DNA of 50,000 bases from assembly GCF_004010195.1 (NCBI RefSeq), contig NW_025214730.1, positions 1 through 50,000 on the forward strand. The letters are read 5' to 3'. The stretch is from Chiloscyllium plagiosum (Eukaryota). Of this stretch, positions 48,554-50,000 are shown piece by piece (the first letter of the stretch is position 1; every line of letters begins with the position of its first letter). Both the position numbers and the translations under genes were made by a program. The notes below the pieces were generated by a model. The model saw only the letters and a program-made list of their open reading frames with translations. It had not been told where the DNA came from and searched no databases.

Positions 48554-50000
48554 CATTACAGCACCTAATTAAGAGCTGGTATTCAATTTCAATACGTATT
48601 AGACTAATGTTGCTTCATATTGAGAATATTAAACATGTAATAAGAGGGAATGATTTACTTGCCTCACTTCTTTTTCCTTTTGTGGATACTTTAAAATGCT
48701 TTTTAAGTCTTTTGAAGTTATGATCTAGAATTAGACCACTTCAAAGCATATTGGTTTGCAGCACAATTTGATATATCTCCTACAGTGTAAATTCAGCAAT
48801 TGCATCACTTCTTATCTCCATGAAGACTTCAGTGATCTGAGTGAACCATGGCTTATACTTGAATATCAAGTGCTGATCTTGACAAGTATCTGTCACTAGT
48901 GAGAGAAGAACATTACTGCAGAAATAACAAAAAAGCTGTCAACTTCAATTACTGCCCCAATATATTTTTTTATATTCTACAGTATGTTAAATAGGGCATT
49001 TAGCTGTATAAATTATATTATTTGAATGCATTTTTGTAGATTAAACTTCCTTTCTGCATTAAAAATACTGAGACAAAAAGTTTTATGTTTTGACATGAAC
49101 AACAAAAGGTTTATCAAGAAATTAATAAATAAATTCTTTGTCAAATGTATAAAAATAGCCCACTAGATCTGGTAAGCATTCACATTTTATTATTCAACAG
49201 TTAACAGCTTTCCATTGTAAAGTCAAATTTATCTGCTTCAAGTCTGTCAAACTAAGCAGTTGTCCCTTAAAATCTTCAGACATGTCTCTATGCCAGTTCT
49301 GAGGATCAAAGAAACATTTCTGCATCAAAGGTACAAAAATGTAAAATGCTTTAGTAATGGTTTGCATTTCCAAAATTACTAAATCTGTCTAGCTCTAATT
49401 ACTATATCTATATTTAATAACAGTCTTTATTTTACAAGTGGGATGATGTGACAACAGCAAAACCGTTCATATCGTGGTCTACGTTAGGACAATTCTCATC
49501 TTTTTACTTAAATACAGAGGCATGAACTCAAAAAAGTTGTCCAATAATAACCTTTATTTATTGGATCAATATAAAGTCAACACATTTAGTACTGATGAAA
49601 TAGAGACCTTAAACAATTTTGTTATTTTAATGAACTAAACTCTTTGACTTCTTACAGCAGAATTATTTATTGAGTTCGATGATTTCTTGATATGTTCCAC
49701 TTTTTAATCACTTCCAGTATGTGAGATCATGAGCCTTTGAGCCATCATATAGACAAATCCCCCTTCTCACGTATGTGCATCAGCTCAATCTGCTTATTGA
49801 TCTCTGGGCATTTCACATGCTATAAGAGTTAAGCTAGAATTTGGATCAGACCTTTCTTATCTTGTGCGTTTCTCAAACTCCAGAATTTGCTTGTCCCTGA
49901 ATTATAGCTCCCTTCATAGATATGTTGGCACTTAATTTTCTCTCTCAGGATTCTAATTCTAGCTTTTAACTTCCAGCACTGAATGTCCTTTGTTACTACT

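Noticed and set aside
48600..50000. PSTK terminal exon expected tail-to-tail by human synteny
   Set aside because: No recognisable coding sequence on the minus strand in this interval.

Overview
AT-rich, repeat-laden vertebrate genomic DNA, most likely from a shark (inferred from HE1-like tRNA SINEs, CR1 LINE remnants and Penelope-type repeats). The main content is two complete, intact IKZF5 (Pegasus, Ikaros-family C2H2 zinc finger) genes in tandem on the + strand. Copy A has coding exons 14033-14165, 16751-16933 and 21818-22746. Copy B has coding exons 42392-42524, 45814-45993 and 47622-48553. Each splices with GT-AG phase-1 introns to a 1245-nt CDS (414 aa), and each has its own upstream CpG island with a candidate non-coding first exon. 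The copies have diverged asymmetrically: copy A has a TGEKP->RGEKP linker change and ZF helix +1 changes, and copy B has a 3-nt acceptor shift. The first CpG island also appears to drive a divergent minus-strand gene (first exon MATWLLLSR|gtgagt; ACADSB is the candidate by human synteny). The rest is transposon-derived: CR1/other LINE fossils, SINEs, TA-flanked Tc1/mariner-type MITEs (one carrying a 35-bp minisatellite), a decayed Harbinger transposase, and Penelope-type repeats with hammerhead-like cores. Comparisons to human IKZF5 are from memory; no database search was run.
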